Shown in pieces: positions 59,801 through 64,000 of a DNA stretch of 64,000 nucleotides (its first letter is position 1; every line of letters begins with the position of its first letter). The position numbers and the translations under genes were made by a program. Under the pieces are notes generated by a model, which was not told where the DNA came from, made no database searches, and saw only the letters and a list, made by a program, of their open reading frames with translations. The stretch is from NCBI GenBank assembly GCA_964016885.1, contig OZ024743.1, forward strand, positions 131,254,001 to 131,318,000, read 5' to 3'. The DNA is from Eledone cirrhosa. Its lineage: Eukaryota.

Positions 59801-62800
59801 GTGTTTGGTGTTTGCTGTATGTTGTTTGCTGTTTGGTGTTTGGTGTTTGGTGTTTGGTGCTTGGTGCTTGCTGCTGGCTGCTTGGTGCTTGGTGTTTGGT
59901 GCCTGGTGCTTGGTGCTTGGTGCTTGGTGTTTGGTGTTTGGTGCTTGGTGCTTGGAGTTTGGTGCTTGGTGCTTGGTATTTCGTGTTTCGTGTTTGGTTT
60001 TTGGTGCTTGGTGCTTGGTGCTTGGTCCTTGGTGTTTGGTGCTGGGTGCTTGGTGTTTGGTGCTTGGTGCTTGGTCTTTGGTGCTTTGTGTTTGGTGCTT
60101 GGTGCTTGGTGTTTGGTGCTTGGTGCTTGGTGTTTGGTGCTTGGTGCTTGGTGTTTGGTTTTTGGTGATTGGTGTTTGGTGTTTGGTGTTTGGTGCTTGC
60201 TGCTGGCTGCTTGGTGTTTGATGCATGGTGATTTGTGCTTGGTGTTTGGTGCTTGGTGTTTGGTGTTTGATGCTTGGTGCTTGGTGTTTGGTGTTTGATG
60301 CTTGGTGCTTGGTGCTTGGTGCTTGGTGCTTGGTGTTTGGTGCTTGGTGTTTGGTGTTTGGTGCTTGGTGATTCATGTTTCTACTTGGTGCTTGGTGCTT
60401 GGTTCTTGGTATTTGGTGCTTGGTGCTTGGTGTTTGGTGTTATATGCTTGGTGTTTGATGCTTGGTGCTTGGTGTTTGGTGTTTGGTGTTTGATGCTTGG
60501 TGCTTGGTGTTTGGTGCTTGGTGCTTGGTGTTTGTACTTGGTGCTTGGTGCTTGGTGCTTGGTGTTTGGTGCTTGGTATTTGGTGCTTGGTTCTTGGTGC
60601 TTGGTCCTTGGTGCTTGGTGTTTGGTGGTTGGTGTTTGGTGGTTGGTGTTAGGTGTTTGGTGCTTGGTGCTTGGTGTTTGGTGTTTGGTGCTTGGTGTTT
60701 GGTGTTTGGTGCTTGGTGTTTGGTGCTTGGTACTTGGTGCTTGGTGCTTGGTGTTAGGTGTTTGGTGCTTGGTGTTTGGTGCTTGGTGTTTGGTGCTTGG
60801 TGTTTGGTGCTTGGTGTTTGGTGGTTGGTGTTTGGTGCTTGGTGTTTGGTGCTTGGTGTTACGTGTTTGGTGCTTGGTGCTTGGTGTTTGGTGTTTGGTG
60901 CTTGGTGTTTGGTGTTTGGTGCTTGGTGTTTGGTGCTTTTTGCTTGGTGCTTGCTGCTTGGTGTTTGGTGCTGGGTGCTTGGTGCTTGGTGTTTGGTGTT
61001 ATATGCATGGTGTTTGATGCTTGGTGCTTGGTGCTTGGTGTTTGGTGTTTGGTGCTTGGTGTTTGATGCTTGGTGCTTGGTGCTTGGTGTTTGGTTCTTG
61101 GTTCTTGGTGTTTGGTACTTGGTGCTTGGTGCTTGATGTTTGGTGTTTGGTGCTTGGTGTTTGGTGCTTGGTGCTTGGTGCTTGGTGTTAGGTGTTTGGT
61201 GCTTGGTCCTTGGTGTTTGGTGCTTGGTGTTTGGTGTTTGCTGTTTGGTGTTAGGTGTTTGGTGCTTGGTGCTTGGTGTCTGGTTTTTGGTGCTTGGTGC
61301 TTGGTGTTTGGTGCTTGCTGCTGGCTGCTTGGTGTTTGGTGCTTGGTGATTGGTGCTTGGTGTTTGGTGTTTGGTGCTAGGTGCTTGGTGTTTGGTGCTT
61401 GGTGCTTGGTGTTTGGTGCTTGGTGCTTGGTGTTTGGTGCTTGGTGTTTGGTGCTTGGTGTTTGGTGCTTGGTGCTTGGTGCTTGGTGTTTGGTGCTTGG
61501 TGTTTGGTGCTTGGTGTTAGGTGTTTGGTGCTTGGTGCTTGGTGTTTGGTGTTTGGTGCTTGGTGTTTGGTGTTTGGTGTTATATGCTTGGTGTTTGATG
61601 CTTGGTGCTTGGTGCTTGGTGTTTGGTGCTTGGTGTTTGATGCTTGGTGCTTGGTGCTTGGTGTTTGGTGCTTGGTGCTTAGTGTTTGTACTTGGTGCTT
61701 GGTGCTTGGTTCTTGGTGTTTGGTTCTTGGTGTTTGGTGTTTGGTGCTTGGTGTTTGGTGTTTGGTGTTATATGCTTGGTGTTTGATGCTTGGTGCTTGG
61801 TGCTTGGTGTTTGGTGCTTGGTGTTTGATGCTTGGTGTTTGGTGCTTGGTGTTTGGTGCTTGGTGCTTGGTGTTTGTACTTGGTGCTTGGTGCTTGGTTC
61901 TTGGTGTTTGGTGCTTGGTGCTTGGTGTTTGGTGCTTGGTGTTTGGTGCTTGGTGTTTGGTGCTTGGTGTTTGGTGCTTGGTGCTTGGTGCTTAGTGCTT
62001 GGTGTTTGGTGCTTGGTGTTAGGTGTTTGGTGCTTGGTGCTTGGTGTTTGGTGTTTGGTGCTTGGTGTTTGGTGCTTGGTGTTTGGTGTTAGGTGTTTGG
62101 TGCTTGGTGTTTGGTGTTTGGTTCTTGGTGTTTGGTGCTTGGTGTTTGGTGCTTGGTGTTTGGTGCTTGGTACTTGGGGCTTGGTCTTTGGTTCTTGGTG
62201 TTTGGTGTTTGGTGCTTGGTGCTAGGTGTTTGGTGCTTGGTGCTTGGTGCTGGGTGGTTGGTGTTTGGTGCTTGGTGCTTGGTGTTTGGTGCTTGGTGCT
62301 TGGTGCTTGGTGATGGGTGGTTGGTGCTTGGTGCTTGGTCTTTGGTTCATGGTGTTTGGTGTTTGGTGTTTGGTGTTTGGTGTTTGGTGCTTGCTGCTTG
62401 GTGCTTCGTGTTAGGTGTTTGGTGCTTGGTGCTTGGTGTTTGGTTTTTGGTGCTTGGTGCTTGGTGTTTGGTGTTTGGTGCTTGCTGCTGGCTGCTTGGT
62501 GTTTGATGCTTGGTGATTGGTGCTTGGTGTTTTGTGCTTGGTGTTTGGTGTTTGGTGCTAGGTGCTTGGTGTTTGGTGCTTGGTGCTTGGTGCTTGGTGT
62601 TTGGTGTTTGGTTTTAGGTGCTTGGTGCTTGGTGTTTGGTGCTTGGTGCTGGGTGGTTGGTGTTTAGTGCTTGGTGTTTGGTGCTGGGTGCTTGGTGTTT
62701 GGTGCTTGGTGCTTGGTCTTTGGTGCTTGGTGTTTGGTGTTTGGTGCTTGGTGCTTGGTGCTTGGTGTTTGGTGCTTGGTGCTTGGTGTTTGGTGCTTGG

Positions 62801-64000
62801 TGCTTAGTGTTTGGTGCTTGGTGCTTAGTGTTTGGTGTTTGGTGCTTGGTGCTTGGTGTTTGGTGCTTACTGTTTGGTGCTTGGTGCTTGGTGTTTGGTG
62901 TTTGCTGTTTGCTGTTTGGTGTTTGTTGTTTGGTGTTTGTTGTTTGGTGTTTGCTGTTTGGTGTTTGGTGTTTGCTTTTTGGTGTTTGGTGTTTGCTGTA
63001 TGTTGTTTGGTGTTTGGTGTTTGGTGTTTGGTGTTTGGTGCTTGTTGCTTGGTGTTTGGTGCTTGGTGCTTGGTGTTTGGTGCCTGGTGCTTGGTGCTAG
63101 GTGCTTGGTGTTTGGTGCTTGGTGCTTGGTGTTTGGTGCTTGGTGCTTGGTGTTTGGTGCCTGGTGCTTGGTGCTTGGTGCTTGGTGTTTGGTGTTTGGT
63201 GCTTGGTACTTGGTGCTTGGAGTTTGGTGTTTGGTGCTTGGTGCTTTGTGTTTTGTGTTTGGTGTTTGGTTTTTGGTGCTTGGTGCTTGGTCCTTGGTGT
63301 TTGGTTCTGGGTGCTTTGTGTTTTGTGCTTGGTGCTTGGTGTTTGGTGTTTGCTGCTTGGTGTTTGATGCTTGGTGCTTGGTGCTTGGTGTTTTGTTTTT
63401 GGTGCTTGGTTCTTGGTGTTTGGTGCTTGGTGCTTGGTACTTGGTGTTTGTACTTGGTGCTTGGTGCTTGGTGTTTGGTTCTTGGTTCTTGGTGTTTGGT
63501 ACTTGGTGCTTGGTGCTTGATGTTTGGTGTTTGGTGCTTGGTGTTTGGTGCTTGGTACTTGGGGCTTGGTGCTTGGTGTTAGGTGTTTGGTGCTTGGTGC
63601 TTGGTGTTTGGTTTTTGGTGCTTGGTGCTTGGTGTTTGGTGTTTGGTGCTTGCTGCTGGCTGCTTGGTGTTTGATGCTTGGTGATTGGTGCTTGGTGTTT
63701 TGTGCTTGGTGTTTGGTGTTTGGTGCTAGGTGCTTGGTGTTTGGTGCTTGGTGCTTGGTGCTTGGTGTTTGGTGTTTGGTGTTAGGTGCTTGATGCTTGG
63801 TGTTTGGTGCTTGGTGCTGGGTGGTTGGTGTTTAGTGCTTGGTGTTTGGTGCTGGGTGCTTGGTGTTTGGTGCTTGGTGCTTGGTCTTTGGTGCTTGGTG
63901 TTTGGTGTTTGGTGCTTGGTGCTTGGTGCTTGGTGTTTGGTGCTTGGTGCTTGGTGTTTGGTGCTTGGTGCTTAGTGTTTGGTGCTTGGTGCTTAGTGTT
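50860..64000 (+). repeat. Near-identical ~6.83-kb tandem duplication (copy 1 ~50860-57680; copy 2 ~57680 to beyond the window end)
   Basis: Matching ORF series with offset 6818 (50878/57696 to 52322/59140), 6839 (52777/59616) and 6832 (53442/60274 to 56692/63524). Differences include a 21-bp and a 7-bp indel and scattered SNPs (A54516/G61348, A55038/G61870, C55164/T61996). Confidence 0.93.

Larger units (their letters stand above)
1..64000 (+). repeat. Heptameric tandem satellite array (TTGGTGY)n, ~9,100 units, extending beyond both window ends
   Basis: Every line parses into TTGGTGC/TTGGTGT units or close variants, all in one orientation. Position 1 starts in register (TTGGTGC TTGGTGC TTGGTGT) and the last bases are still repeat. 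No non-repeat sequence seen. Confidence 0.99.
37900..64000 (+). repeat. Satellite sub-domain R: ~3.6, ~7-8 and ~6.8 kb higher-order repeats
   Basis: All TTGATGC-ATGGTGA markers here are followed by TTTGTGC, whereas upstream ones are followed by TTGGTGC. The private 6-mer TTCTAC occurs at ~38272, 46416, 53547 and 60379; the private TACGTGT at ~38767, 46911, 54028 and 60860. Confidence 0.82.

Noticed and set aside
1-63975. Hundreds of plus-strand ORFs encoding LVLGAWC/LVFGVWC repeats (up to 638 aa, membrane-protein-like)
   Set aside because: All three frames give the same peptide because 7 is not divisible by 3. Starts are mostly TTG/GTG from the repeat itself, with no unique domain or frame preference, and the 6-mer units shift frame freely.
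1-64000. CRISPR array or other repeat-spacer system
   Set aside because: There are no unique spacers, no 23-50 bp direct repeat separated by non-repeat DNA, and no cas genes. The variant islands are themselves repeated degenerate heptamers.
1-64000. Pure sequencing noise or low-complexity artefact
   Set aside because: Rare variants and the C/T pattern recur in the same order in blocks kilobases apart and form nested lineages, which random error would not produce. Mis-ordering of blocks by the assembler remains possible.
1-64000. Transposon, tRNA, rRNA, terminator or hairpin-forming ncRNA
   Set aside because: No inverted repeats, target-site duplications or complex sequence. The near absence of A and low C on one strand precludes extended Watson-Crick stems.

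Overview
The whole 64 kb window is one uninterrupted, head-to-tail satellite array of the heptamer TTGGTG(C/T) (reverse complement (G/A)CACCAA), about 9,100 units, with no inversion, no unique flank and no gene. The + strand is almost purely G/T and nearly A-free. The ORF track is an arithmetic artefact: a stop-free 7-mer gives the same 7-aa repeat in all three frames (LVLGAWC/LVFGVWC on +, TKHQAPS/TKHQTPN on -). The array is not random. The C/T choice at position 7 and a set of recurrent rare variant units (TAGGTGT, TTGGTAC, the 6-mer TTGTAC, TATATGC, TTGATGC, TTGCTGC-TGGCTGC, TTGGAGT, TTCGTGT, ATGGTGA) act as a barcode that exposes nested higher-order duplications (105, 182, 245, 300 and 837 bp; ~2.3-3.4, ~3.6, ~5.6, ~6.8, ~8.1, ~8.5 and ~19.7 kb). 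It also defines three sub-domains (~1-16, ~16-38 and ~38-64 kb) with private marker variants. The best reading is eukaryote-type simple satellite DNA (pericentromeric, centromeric or subtelomeric) evolving by unequal exchange and conversion; the organism and function cannot be determined here. I found no support for a protein-coding, CRISPR or mobile-element system. Offsets were derived by hand from the sequence and ORF track, and block boundaries are approximate.
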